Source: Lama glama
Lineage: Eukaryota
Assembly: GCA_028534125.1 (NCBI GenBank)
Contig: CM052839.1
Location: 34,224,001 to 34,288,000, forward strand
Direction: 5' to 3'
Length of the DNA stretch: 64,000 nucleotides
Below are positions 12,501 to 24,376 of the stretch, piece by piece. The translations under genes were made by a program, and so were the position numbers. The notes under the pieces were generated by a model. That model was not told where the DNA came from. It ran no database searches and was given only the letters and a program-made list of their open reading frames with translations. The first letter of the stretch is position 1; every line of letters begins with the position of its first letter.

Positions 12501-15500
12501 CAACCCTAGGGACAATTTCCTCTTGATTTAGAGAGAACGTCTTAACTAATCACACTGCCTCTTTGACAAGTTAATCTATTGTTTAAAGAAGGTGTTTTAA
12601 TGGTTGTGTGGGAAAGAAACATAAAAAAGAACTTGTATAGTGCGGCTTTCAGGGAGACTGCCCTGTAAATGGCCAAGGTATGCAAACACATGTCAGTGTT
12701 ACATTTACCTTTGTATCCATCATTCCGTCAGTGACTTCTCCCATCTCTGACAGGATGGCCAAGGAGTCTGGCAGTCCATACTTCGCTCCAGACTTAGGTT
12801 TGTCACTACAAAACTCACTCTAGAGGAAGAAGTAATTGAAAATAAGATAGGACATTTTATTATGCACGAGGACTTTTTTTTTCTCAAGAGAATATGTACT
12901 GACCTATTTCAAACTGGTGTTTAACAATGTTCAAGTGATATAATTATCCTATGCTCTGAAATGGAATGTTTATGTAATGAAAAGGCAGTTTCTGCATATT
13001 ATTTGAGTTGGAAGAACCTGACATACCAGATCCTGCATCTCTTTCTGTAGTCGCACCAAGGCTTTCCGAGTGCCAACAGCAAACACATAGGTATCCATGT
13101 CTTCATCATTCATGGTTACTTTTATTTGCTTAAAAAAGACAAAAATAAAAACAACAAAACTAACCTGTTAGGTTCTAAAGTCCCTAATGAGCTGATTTGA
13201 GTTAATCAAAAGGTGCACTGTGATCGGTGGACTGACCTAATCAAGTGAGTCCTCAAAAGGGACTGGGTCGTTCCTGAAGAATGAGTCAAAGTGTGAAAGA
13301 GCTGTGGGGGTTGGGGTGCACCACACAGCAAAGACCTGAGAATGGCCTCTAAGAGCTAAGAGTGGTTCCCAGTGACAACTAGCAAGAAAATGGGAACCTA
13401 CAACTACGGGAAACTGAATTGTGCCAACAGCCCAAATGACCTCAAGAAGGCCCCAAGCTCCGGAGCTTCAAGTCACTGAACACATCAACTTACTGGCGGA
13501 CGGGAGGGGGCAGTGTACCCAGAGAGGGGATGAAGTTCTGTGCATCACCTGCAACCCCATGCCTCACTTCTATTTGGCCTTTCCTGAACTGTATCCTTTA
13601 CAATAAACTGGTAAATACAAGTAGTATTTTCCTGAGTTCTGTGAGTCATTCTAGCAAATTATTAAAGCTGAGGGGAGGGCTGTGGGAACTTCTGATTTAG
13701 AGCTGGGCAGTCAAAAGTATGGTGGCCTAGGACTTGCAACTCGCATCTTAAGTGTCAACAATCTTGTGGGACTGAGACCTTTAACTTGTGGGATCTGGAA
13801 CTAACTCCAGGTAGATAATAAGAGAACCAAATTAAATTGAATAGTTGGATACCCAGCTGGTATTTGGTGAACGAGAAAATTGGTTGTTGGTGTTAGAAAA
13901 CACCCCAGGGGTGGGGTTATAGCTCAAGTGGTAGAGCACATGCTTAGCATGCATGAGGTTCTGGGTTCAATCCCCAGTACCTCTTCCAAAAATAAATAAA
14001 CAAACCTAATTATCTCCCCTCCCCACCCCAAAAAAGAAAAAAAAAAAAAACAACCCTGAGGCAGGTTAAACAGTTTTTAATACTCTAAGTTGGGTCTGAG
14101 AGATACAGTTATTAGCCTGAAGAGTCTGGTATGATAAAACATGACTCCTTTTAGATAAAAAATGACCAGTATATACATGGAAGAAGGACAATGCTAATGT
14201 AGGGAAATACAGAAAACATCTGGCAAGATGGTGGCTGCTTAAGGTTTCCTGCCCTTCCATCACTGAGGGAAAATTACACATAGTAACACTTAAGTCAGAA
14301 CCCAGGAAAGAGGGCTAAAAAATATAAAGAACCGTATTTTTTTTGAGGCTGTCATTGCAGGGAGGGAAAAAAAAAACGTAAAAGGATGGCTGAGTAAGAG
14401 GCAAAAAGAAGATTAAATCTATCTCAGGAAAGAACTGAAAATGATTAACAATACTCTAAAGAATAAATTCTACAAAAGGATGGCAAAAAATGCAGCAAAA
14501 CTTCCTTTTGAATTTTAACTGACGAAGCTCTAAAAATTAGTGGATCAAATAATCAGTGGCCATATTATAAAAATTGAAATAAATAAAAGATACAGGTTCG
14601 CAACTAAAAATGAGAACTTTAAAACAGCAATGAGTTTCAATCCAGTAAAAATTATATTACCAATGTAACACTTATTAACCAAGTACACCTTTGTATTTTG
14701 ATATGTATGCATACACTTCTTGTTCTACTAGTTTATAAAAAAGAAAGCTGCCTTGTGTATTTTTGCTTCTTGTAACAGTGGGAGTCAGCACAACTATTTA
14801 CTGGAAGAATAAAGGGAGGGGGAATGTGGCATTTCTGATGAAGGACACAATTTGCAGATTAACATGTTAATTCAATAAAGGGAAGAAGGTATACCAAACA
14901 ATAAGGTCCCCAGATTATGTGATGAGCTCATTTGGCCCAAGATCCATTACCTGAAGCAAAAAATTTTTGAGAAAAAAACCCAGCTTACTGCCAAAGATAA
15001 AAGCAGACACAAGGAGAAGAATTAGCTACAAGGGCAAACTGTCTGCAACAACTGATTTTCCCTCCAACATCCAGGTTGACACAGCTGATCTACCTGGTGG
15101 TAGAGTATTACCTCCTTCCCTACAAAAAGCACGTGTGTCTCCCCAACTCCTACCCCCCACCCCCGACACACACACAACTGCACACTGAATGGAAGATGAT
15201 TTGTCTACATAGAAAAGGTTACATTTTTTGGCAAGGGACACACTGTCAGGAAAGTCCAAAGAGAATCCAGGCAAGAAACAGAATAAGCTCTAAGAAGTTA
15301 CAAATTCACTCTGTACAGAGAAAACCAGCAGGAAGAATACATACCACTTGATCACTCACTGGCCTCATCATCCGGGCCAGGACATTCAGTAAGTCCTGTC
15401 TCTTGAGGAACTGGAAAACAAAACAAAAACAAAGATCAAGAGAACAGCTGCAACTCCTACTTACTATAAAGAAAACACTTTGGAGGGGGAATCAAATGCT

Positions 15501-18500
15501 TCATCAAATATATTCTACATTTGCCAGTCAGCAAAAAGATGATTTTCAGATCTCATTTTAAGTCAAACATGAAAAAAATAAGACTCTGAACCTACATGAT
15601 TTGGGACCACACTGGAGAAAATGAAACGAAGATATTCACTGTACCAGAAATTCCCTACTTACCCTAAGCTGGATAAGCATCCCCTCACAGCACACTCGAC
15701 CCGAACACCACAGGTTGTAAATGTGCTCATTCTCCTGGTTCAGCTTTCCTGTGCTGGTGGCTTCTTTGTTAGTTCCATCATCCCCTAGAGGTAAAACCAC
15801 TTAATGTGATTCACTGGAAATGTTGGGGCCTTACACCACACCCTCTTCTACTCAGACCCCAGAATGATGATAACTTCAGGTCAGCATACTTTGCTATCTT
15901 ATAGAACTCTTCTTTGGAACAGATTACAATAGATGGGCATTATTCCTTTTACTTTTAAAATGCTTTACTGTCTCCATTAAAAAATCATGGACTCCAGCTT
16001 TACTTTCTGTGTCCTTGTTACTTAAAATGATGATCAGCATGGAGTACAAATTTCTCAAGAGCAGGTACAAAATGGAGCAAAGTCAGTTTAAATGTCTCTG
16101 CCAGAAATTTAAAAAACAAACAAAAAACCTTCCTATGTAGTGAATAAAAAATACCATTAATACAAACTATTCAACACCCCCTTGCTGTGTCACCTTCCAG
16201 TTAACTTTATCCAAGTTTGCTTTTCCTACAGCAAAATGGTAATAGTGGTATTAAGAGCTGTATTTTAGATCTAGAAAAAGCTCAAATTTCAATCATTTCC
16301 TCTCTTTACTTTATTCATTAAGTGAACCAAAGAGTGCTCAGCCTTACAAGGTAAAGCAGACTGACCCACGTGAAAACGCACGAAGAGAAGTAGAGGGCAT
16401 TAAAGGCTGCTTATTTTTTTCCTCTTTGGACTTTGGAAGCAGGTAGACTAGGTTCCAATATCATGGTTGCAATTTTTTTTAAACATTTTTTTATTGATTT
16501 ATAATCATTTTACAATGTTGTGTCAAATTCCAGTGTTCAGCACAATTTTTCAGTCATTCATGGACATGGTTGCAATTTAATAGCTCAGACAACCTTTAAC
16601 ATTTCTGGACTTCAGCTCCTTCCTTAGGAAAATAGAAACTATACCCAACTGACAGTATTGTTACAAAGATTAAATAAGACTCAATGTATACAAAGTACGA
16701 CTCAGTGTATACAAAGTATGTAGCACAACATAATAAACAGTCCTGCTAAAGAGCTGAGGAAATGGATACTTGCTTGTTATTAGAAGGAAGCAGAGTGTTG
16801 AAAACCAAACAGGTGAAGGTGGGTGAGTCCACCTTACCCCACATACTACACAATGACAGAGCTTCCTCTAAGACACTTTAGTGTATACCTCTGCAGTGGA
16901 TCTCAGACCAACGTGCCTAAAACCTGAAGGACTTCTGAGGGATTTCTAATTTCTAAAAGATGAACTGAAAGCTTTTATCAATCTACCTAAAATGTCAGGA
17001 TTCTTTGCTTTTGGCCAGACTTTTTATCAACTTTTGATAACACCAATCATCTCATAGTCTGAAGCTGTATAGCAAATGTTAATTAATAAAGATGAGAAAA
17101 TTATGTCATAAATGCAATTTATTCAGTGTGTAATACCTAACAAAAATGGGATCTTTGAGGAAGGAAAAAAGCATCCTCTTCAGCAGTCCATGAAAGCAGT
17201 GAGATGCTTACACTGAGGGAAATAAGCAGTTCTTACCAGGTGGTTTTCAGCAGGCAGCTAGACTTGTTAGCCTAACTTACCTACTAAGGTAAAGTTGCTC
17301 TCCAAAAGCTCCCTATGAGTGTTAAACCAGGCCTGAGCAAGGCGGCTGTTTTTATTCTTCCCAATGATATAATTCATGATGTAGGCGAGCAGACCAGTCA
17401 CCATCAAAATTTCTAGGTAATAACTCTCCCAACTGTTCTGGAGGTGTGCAGGGACCTAAAGAAGAACAATCATTCCATTAATTGTTGGCTGAGGCTGAAG
17501 TCTAACTCACAGGATGAAGGAGACTGAGAAAGTCCATGAACTGAAGTAGACACTTTACATAACTGTCACTGAGTACAGCTATACTTTGACAGATACGCCC
17601 ATTTTGGTGTTCTAGGTCAGCTTTGTAAAAGAGTCTTTAAGGAACTAGGAGGAAAATCAAATGGGATGAAAAGCTGGAAAGCCCTCTGTATTCATCTTGA
17701 TTCTGAGTTTTGCCCCCAAATAAATCCAGTGTCTATCCTCTTCATTCCTTGATAAATAAAACTAGGACGGCTGGAATAAAACACAGGGTTGTTTCACTGG
17801 GTGTAGAACATTATTAGAAGAACTGATGCCAGACTCTTTCATGGCTCCCACTGTTACACCAACACCAGCTATGTGTCACTAATTATATTTCTGAGATGAG
17901 TGACAGCAAAATATTGTTTGTTACTTTGAAGTTCAAAATCCTGTATACCTACATCAACAATTGTTATTGGATCTCTATTTTTGCTAGAAGAAGTATCTGG
18001 TTTGTCTTCATAACCTTCAAATTCTTCATCGTCATATGGCTCACTCTCGGTGTCTCCCTCCTACAGAAATGAAGCACAATCTGTTTTTCCCCAAAAATGT
18101 CACCAGCAATTTTATCTCATTTTCATAGGCAACATTTGCAGAGGAAAACAACATGAAAGCAGCAAGCATAGAACACAGAGATATTACATGTTTTTAATAA
18201 ATGATGACTCTCCATGCTTTTGAACTCTAATTCTAAATGACATAATTTCCACCCACCAACACCCACCCACCCAACTCCTTCCCCAGCCAGGCTTTCCACA
18301 CAGGAGAAAAATAAAATTCACTCTTTGATGACTGTAAAAGGTGGGAACATACTGCAAACATTTTAGAAGAGCTCTACCTACTGAATAAAAATGAACATAC
18401 CAGAGAGTAAAGGTCTCCCCCGGACCTGGGCCTTAATATTAATTAACATCTGGGGAAAGTGCTAGTTACACATTTTCCCATCCTTCCAATTTCCCAAGAA

Positions 18501-18786
18501 CTCAATAAAAAAGAGCCTTTACCTGCGTATCTGCATCTTCAAAATCCCCTTCTTGGTTTTCATCCTGCCCTTCCAACTCCACCGTAGTCTCATCTTCATC
18601 ATCTTCAGTGGTTATCACCCGTTGAGGAGATTCAGTAACAGACTCTTCTGTGACATCCTCAAATTCAGCAAAGTCATTATCATCATACTCTACTATGTCT
18701 TCTTCATCCTCGAAATCATCAAACTTGGCTTCAGAGACACTCCCAAATACCAAAAGGACAACACAGAAAGCGTGGAAGGCTTTCAT
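6576..18786 (-). CDS. CCDC47: PAT complex subunit CCDC47 (calumin), 483 aa, 12 coding exons
   Basis: Coding exons, all GT-AG: 18786-18523, 18060-17953, 17455-17281, 15784-15663, 15410-15345, 13128-13027, 12819-12709, 11981-11896, 10573-10515, 10224-10115, 9891-9724, 6656-6576. Sum 1452 nt, open frame: signal peptide [20 protein letters not shown], acidic lumenal region, TM segment [21 protein letters not shown]-terminal coiled coil ending [10 protein letters not shown]. Confidence 0.98.
7985..8480 (+). mobile_element. Old L1 (L1M-type) 3' fragment
   Basis: AATGTTCATCTTCAATAGTAATTCAAAAAATGCAAAACAAATGAGATACCAC resembles the L1 ORF2 3' end; A-rich and decayed. Confidence 0.55.
13166..14060 (+). 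mobile_element. ERVL-class solo LTR (MER21C-like, with MLT1-like 5' part), interrupted by a SINE
   Basis: Starts TG; contains CTGACCTAATCAAGTGAGTCC, AATAAACTGGTAAATACAAGTAGTATTTTCCTGAGTTCTGTGAG and CTTGTGGGACTGAGACCTTTAACTTGTGGGATCTG, which I recognise as MER21-family text. Confidence 0.7.
13908..14050 (+). mobile_element. tRNA-derived SINE (vic-1-like) with A-rich tail
   Basis: GGGGTTATAGCTCAAGTGGTAGAGCACATGCTTAGCATGCATGAGGTTCTGGGTTCAATCCCCAGTACC followed by an AAATAAATAAAC linker and poly(A). Confidence 0.9.
16476..16564 (-). mobile_element. Extremely 5'-truncated young L1 3' end with 14-bp TSD
   Basis: Poly-T, then TTTATTGATTTATAATCATTTTACAATGTTGTGTCAAATTCCAGTG; flanked by CATGGTTGCAATTT at 16462-16475 and 16565-16578. 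Confidence 0.8.
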
Positions 18787-19226
18787 TGCACTTTAAAAAT
18801 GAGCTTAAAAAACAAAAACAAAAAACCTAAAAGGACTGCCATTTTACATATATCAATCAAATTTTGTAAATAGTTAAAAATATATCTAAGCCTCTTTGCT
18901 GCTTTTCTCTTATTTAATACTATTCATTTCCAACAGCATTATATAAACAACAGTTAAGGTGAGGATCAAGAGACCTGGGTTCTAGTCTGGACTCTCACTA
19001 GTTATCTGTAAAATTTCAGACAAGTCATTTAATTTCTTTAGGTTGGCTTCCATTTATACTATGTATTCAGTGAGCATTCTTGGAACGCCTATAAAAAGCT
19101 TTACATAGGAACTGGGAAGGGGAATAATGAAATAAGAATGAGATGCAATCACTTATCTCTTAGGGTAACAAAAATGATACATGAATAGAAAAGCCACTCA
19201 TCCTTAGATCATCTTTATGTGTAGAT

Positions 19227-19256
<30 letters not shown>
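19227..19256. repeat. (ATC)10 microsatellite
   Basis: Perfect trinucleotide run at the edge of a MIR. Confidence 0.95.
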
Positions 19257-19257
<1 letters not shown>

Positions 19258-19259
<2 letters not shown>

Positions 19260-19470
19260 GCAAATGTTTAAGACACGAAGTGCTAAGCACTGTCCTAAAG
19301 GCTTTACAAAAAGCTACTAATTTAATTCTCATAACAACCCTTTGAGGAAAGTAGCTTAATTAACATCCTCATCACAGATAAGGAAAAGTGAGGCACAGAG
19401 ATGCTAAGTAGTACAACTACCAGGTGACACAGAGCTATGGTTTGATCCCAATTTTGCCTCCAGAATCCCT
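19258..19470. mobile_element. MIR SINE
   Basis: TGCTAAGCACTGTCCTAAAGGCTTTAC...TTTAATTCTCATAACAACCCT...ACAGATAAGGAAAAGTGAGGCACAGAGA. Confidence 0.75.
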
Positions 19471-19892
19471 GATATGACCCACTTCTCAGGCTGCTTCTCA
19501 ACAGTGTAAGCCAGTGGCTGTGATTCTGTTATTTACTTAAAGTAGCAATTTTTTGCTAATGGAATTAAATACACTAATATTTCATAGCTTTCTGAAGAGA
19601 ACACTAGGTATTCTACCATCTAAACAAGTTCTTGAGCCAACAAACATAATGAAATCAGATCTGTGATAAAAATATAGCAAATGATATGAAAACATGAAAG
19701 ACAATGAAATCATCTTACAAAACATTTAAGGCTTTACAAAAAAGGGGAGAACATGTGAGCTAGAGTTTGAATGGTAGTTAGACTTCAACCATCAAATCTA
19801 TCTAGGCTGTATTTCCAGTCCTCCCCTCTTATTTAAACACCAGCCCCGTATCACTGATTGTCTAACAGACATGTCCATTTTGATGCCATACA

Positions 19893-20068
19893 AGGTTTTT
19901 CTGCACAGGGTCAGAGAGTAAATATCTTAGGTTTTGTGGGTCACATACTGATCTCTTTGCATATTCTTCTTTTTTAAAAAACAAACCTTTAAAAATGTAA
20001 AAACAATTCTTAGTTCACAGGCTGTACAAAAACAGTCTGCCTCTGGGGTTGCATTCTGCTGACCCCTG
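19893..20068. mobile_element. MER58-like hAT-Charlie MITE
   Basis: AAAAATGTAAAAACAATTCTTAGTTCACAGGCTGTACAAAAACAG core; end reads TGCTGACCCCTG. Confidence 0.7.
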
Positions 20069-20849
20069 CCCTCCAATTATCTCAAAATCAACAGGTACCT
20101 GAATTTTTCTATATTAATATCAATCCCATGTTTTCCAGTCTCAAACTTGTCAAAAACAGCAAGAAACCTAATTTCTCACTTTCTTTTCCCTTTGAAATCT
20201 AATCAACCATCAAATTCTGGTGTTTTCTTCTCTGATTCCCAAAGCCACCCTGATAATCCAAGTTATCACCACCTACTCAAGAAGCACAGTATTATCTTAA
20301 ACGGTATCCCTTGCCTCAACTTTCTCCCCACCCCCTACTTCTCCAACCTAAAAGCCACTATTATCCTTCTAAAACACAACTTTTGCTATGTCAGGATTCA
20401 ATAATCATTGAAGGCTAAGCAATTTCTGCAGAATTATGTAAAAACTCTTCTGGCTTTCACTGCTTTTCATAAAATGATCCTACCATAACGAATCAAATGT
20501 GTCTTCACTGAGCATATCCCCACATCAGACGCAATGCCAAGAGAATTTAGCTTCAAGGATATGTGTTACAGTATTACACTAGGGAAAATCTGAAACTGGT
20601 TAAACACGCATACATAACAAAAAACAAGTTTACTTCTTATTCATTAAAAAATTGTCACAAATTAAGTTAGAACTCATGTTGTTTTAGAAGCAAATACACA
20701 AACAAAAAGATTTAGAAGAACATACACGTACATATAAAATTATCATATATAACAAGATTATAAGCATTTTGCCTTTATTTTTCTAACTTCCCTCTGATGT
20801 GTTTTTGCAATAAAAAGTTCTTTAAAAAAATGAAAGCACAGCTTCTGCA

Positions 20850-21800
20850 CTCAAGAAGAGGCACTGCAGACTGAGAAACAGCTATAGCATAAAGGACTAA
20901 AACAGCGTTATTTCAGGAGTTTGGTGTGTTGGAGCATTGGGTCTGCAGACCCAAATAGGGGAAATGAGGCTAAAAAGGCCAGCAGGGGCCAGGTCATGAT
21001 GATCCTTATTTAAATACCACCTGAAGTGGGAAAAATAGGAAGTGGCTGAGATGATTAGATATGAGAGAAAACAGACTAAACTGGCAAATGACAGGAAAAC
21101 AGATTTGACAGATACTTAAGAATTACATTTGTCAGCATAAAGTGACTGAATATACGGAATGTAGGAAAGAAAGATCTGGGGTGATTTCAACTTTTGCTTT
21201 GATTAACAGCTGGACAAACTCATCCTTGAGATAAAGAACAATAAAGGAGGAAAAAATTGGGGGAAATGCAGTAAATTAAATGTAGTACCTACTGAAAATT
21301 TTGGAGTGTCTTCAAGCAGAATGTTAGATGACTAACATTTATCTCTTAATTTTCACAATATCTCTAAGGTATTTTACAAAAGGAAAAAAGGAAGTAGTTT
21401 GAAATGTAAGTCTGGAGTTCAGGATACAAGCCGAAGCTGGAAATAGAGATGGTGTGGAAATTGATGAGATCCCAGGGAGCACTGAGTTGGTTAAAAAAAA
21501 AGGGGGGGGGACACCAAAAAGTCTTGAAGCAAATTGTAACAGCTAAGAGGTGGGCATAATAGGAAGAATTGTAATGGGAAACTGAGAAGGAATGGTTAGA
21601 GAAAAAGAGACTTTGGTCAAAACAGTATCAGAGAAGTCAAAGCAGAAGCATATGCCTAAGAAGAAAACAAAGCTTGGTTTTAATTGCTGCAAAAAGTTCA
21701 AGTAAGATATGGACTAAAAATTTCCAAATGTTACTAAAGAAATCATTATTGGCAACTGTGGAGAAGTAAAGTATGGAAGCCAGGATGCTGGGAGCTAAGT
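20850..21800. mobile_element. Degenerate L2 fragments
   Basis: Purine-rich L2-like text (GTCTGGAGTTCAGGA...GCTGGAAATAGAGAT...GATGAGATC); boundaries approximate. Confidence 0.5.
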
Positions 21801-23415
21801 ACTAATGGAGTGAATGGGTGGCAAAAAGAAGTATGTACTAATTTCTAAAGGTGCTCTGGGATAACAAATATTCTGTATCTCGTATTTATAATGCCATAAA
21901 TTCATAAAGGAAATCAGTTCACTATCAAAGGCTATTGCCCAATACCTTGCAACCATTGGCTGCTCAAGAAATAGTCTCAGAATTGGACAAATTTCTTAAA
22001 TTTTGAAAGGCACAAATGATTTGAGAAATGTCACCAAGGATAGGCCAATACTATATCCTTTCCAATACTCGATCTTTGAGGTTAGCACCAGGGGACATTT
22101 TTTGGGAAAACATAGCTGCCCTCTCAACAACAACCTCAAAGAGGTTTGTGACGTGTCTCTAAGCAGCCCCAGGTTCATAACCAAAAGTAGAAGAAATATG
22201 AAAAAGAGCACACATGTTGGTGGAGTTATATTTGTTTTAAAACATCAGCTCCACTATTTGCCAGCCATATGATCTTGGACTAATTACTTAAATCTGGGTT
22301 CCCCACCTACACAAAGGGATATCCAGTGGCTACTTGCCTTATAGGACTGTAGTGCATGTTACAGGAGGTATGTGCTGGGGACACAGCAGGCACTCATTAA
22401 ATATTAGTTCCCATTATATCCTTCCACTGAGCCCTTTAAGATTTAAAAATACTTCATTGTTAGTGTTTCCCTTACAGATCTCAGTTTTAAACTTACTGAA
22501 ATAGAAGCAAATCAAGGTTAACACTGACACAGTCAACCTGATTAACTGCCTGCCAAAAGGTCTGATCACTTAAAACTAAATTTCCACTTAGAATGTTCAC
22601 ACCAATAAAAGCACTTCTAAGATATCTCAGCACTGTGTAACTGGGCTCCTTCAAGGTTATTTAGGTTAAAATTACCTAAGCCATTTGTGCCTTGGCCTTC
22701 CCTCTGCTGCACCTGTCACCTCATTTCTCAAACGCACAACTCCCTGCCTGAGACTCCTGGGGCAGGGAACACCAGCACTAACAAGTCCGGTGTGATTCCT
22801 TCTGCTGGCTCACCTGCCAGTCTCATAGTCTGGGTCTGGACTTAAAAATGAAAGTGGAGTAAGTGCAGGAATCATTCCTTGCTGGCATGTTAGATTAGGC
22901 CTTCCTGACAATGACCAGACTCTGAGGCTTCTGGATATCACAGAGACATTCCCCTGTCTCCTTACCCATGTTGGGTAAAAACATGCCTTATGTTAGAAAC
23001 CTTCAGAGAGGACTGACCACAGAGGTTGCTGCTTCTCTTAAACCAGCCGGGTCGTCTTTTCCCATCAAGGAGAATCAATTCTATACTCCATTCTTTCTGC
23101 TGCACACTGTAGGCTTCCTCTAACTCTGCTCTGAGAGTTGGCATTTGCTTACAGTTCTGGAAGTTCCCCCAAACCGTTAAAGTCACTCTAACTCCGAACA
23201 GAGCGCCCAACAGAAAATGGGCCCGGGGTGGACAAAGTTTGGTTTGTTTTTAAGAAACCCGGGAGAGGCGAGAAGGCGCGGAGACGGTGCATGTCATCAA
23301 AGGCTGGACTTAGGGGCTTGGGTGGGAAATGGGACCTGGCTAGGCCACACAACTCAGCGTCACCGCTCGGCCTGGCCCGGACCCACCGGCTAGCCCGTTA
23401 CGGCCCGCTTCCTAC

Positions 23416-23610
23416 CTGGACTGGGGGCTAGAACCTGGCCCAACGCTTCTCCGGCCGCCTCCTCTACCCCGCCAGCCTCTTGGCCAGGCCACCGTCTGCC
23501 GGGTCACTACGATTTCACTGCCCGCGACGCCTCTAGGACACAGTGGGACGAAGTAGCTCGGTCACACCGCACCACTCTTCACGTAGCCTCCGCCATCCGT
23601 TACGTAGAAT
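23416..23610 (-). other. CCDC47: CCDC47 non-coding exon 1
   Basis: Donor TCCAG|GTAGGA at 23416/23415 in the CpG island; pairs with acceptor TTTTTAAG| at 18804/18803, 17 nt before the ATG. TSS approximate. Confidence 0.75.
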
Positions 23611-24169
23611 GCGTGCGGCCCGTCCACGCCTGCGCGCGGCTTGGGGGCGGGACGCGGCCTCGGGGACCGCGCCCTACCCCGCCCAGCTGAGGCGAGGTGG
23701 GGCTGTTGGGAAAATTACATAACCCCCGCCCCTGGGCCGGAACTGCCCCAGCGGATCCCAGCGCTCTCCACTAGGGTGCAGTCAAGCTGTCGTCACGTTG
23801 AACCCGTGCTCCGGAAGCTAAAGGTCGCCATGCTCTACGGGACCACGTGGCCAGAGGCAGGCGGAGAAATGTTGCCCAGGTCTTCTTTGCAAAAGAGCGG
23901 AGTTCAGGGGATCGACAGTTTTATGTATATGTGGTTTCTGTCCAAGCCCTTTTCTTATGATTTTGGGGCGGCTCCCTGTCACTGCTGTTTTCTTCCCTCC
24001 CAGGCCCACTTCCTCAACAGGCCATGAACACTTCTCATCAGCAGCACTGCCTGCCAGAGTCTGAAGAGTCCGGGAGGCATTCTGGAGCTTTAAATTCCGG
24101 AACTCGCGGCGCCTTCCGGGAGCCGTAGACCCAGGCCCCGCCCTTCGGCTCGCGCTCTCTGCACTGCGC

Positions 24170-24376
24170 ATGTCCGGTTTGTCTTCCCCTCCCCCAGTCA
24201 GCAACGGGCCGAGAGGCGGCAGCGGCAGCGGCGGCGGCGGCGGCTGCGAAGGGGGCGGAGAGGGAGGAGCGCGGCGGGACCAGGCCTGTACCGCGCGTAC
24301 TTCGGGCTGTGGGATTTTCTTCACGTCGGCGGTAGTAACAGCTGCCGCTGCAGCCACAGCTGCAGGTTTGTGCGAG
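24170..24376 (+). other. DDX42: DDX42 non-coding exon 1
   Basis: GC-rich leader with GGC run; donor CGAG|GTGGGT at 24376/24377; next acceptor CCTAACAG| at 34058, 16 nt before the ATG. TSS approximate. Confidence 0.72.

Noticed and set aside
13915-13985. tRNA gene (Ala-like cloverleaf with A and B boxes)
   Set aside because: Continues into a shared linker and poly(A) tail and recurs four times, two copies with clear TSDs, so it is a SINE rather than a tRNA gene.
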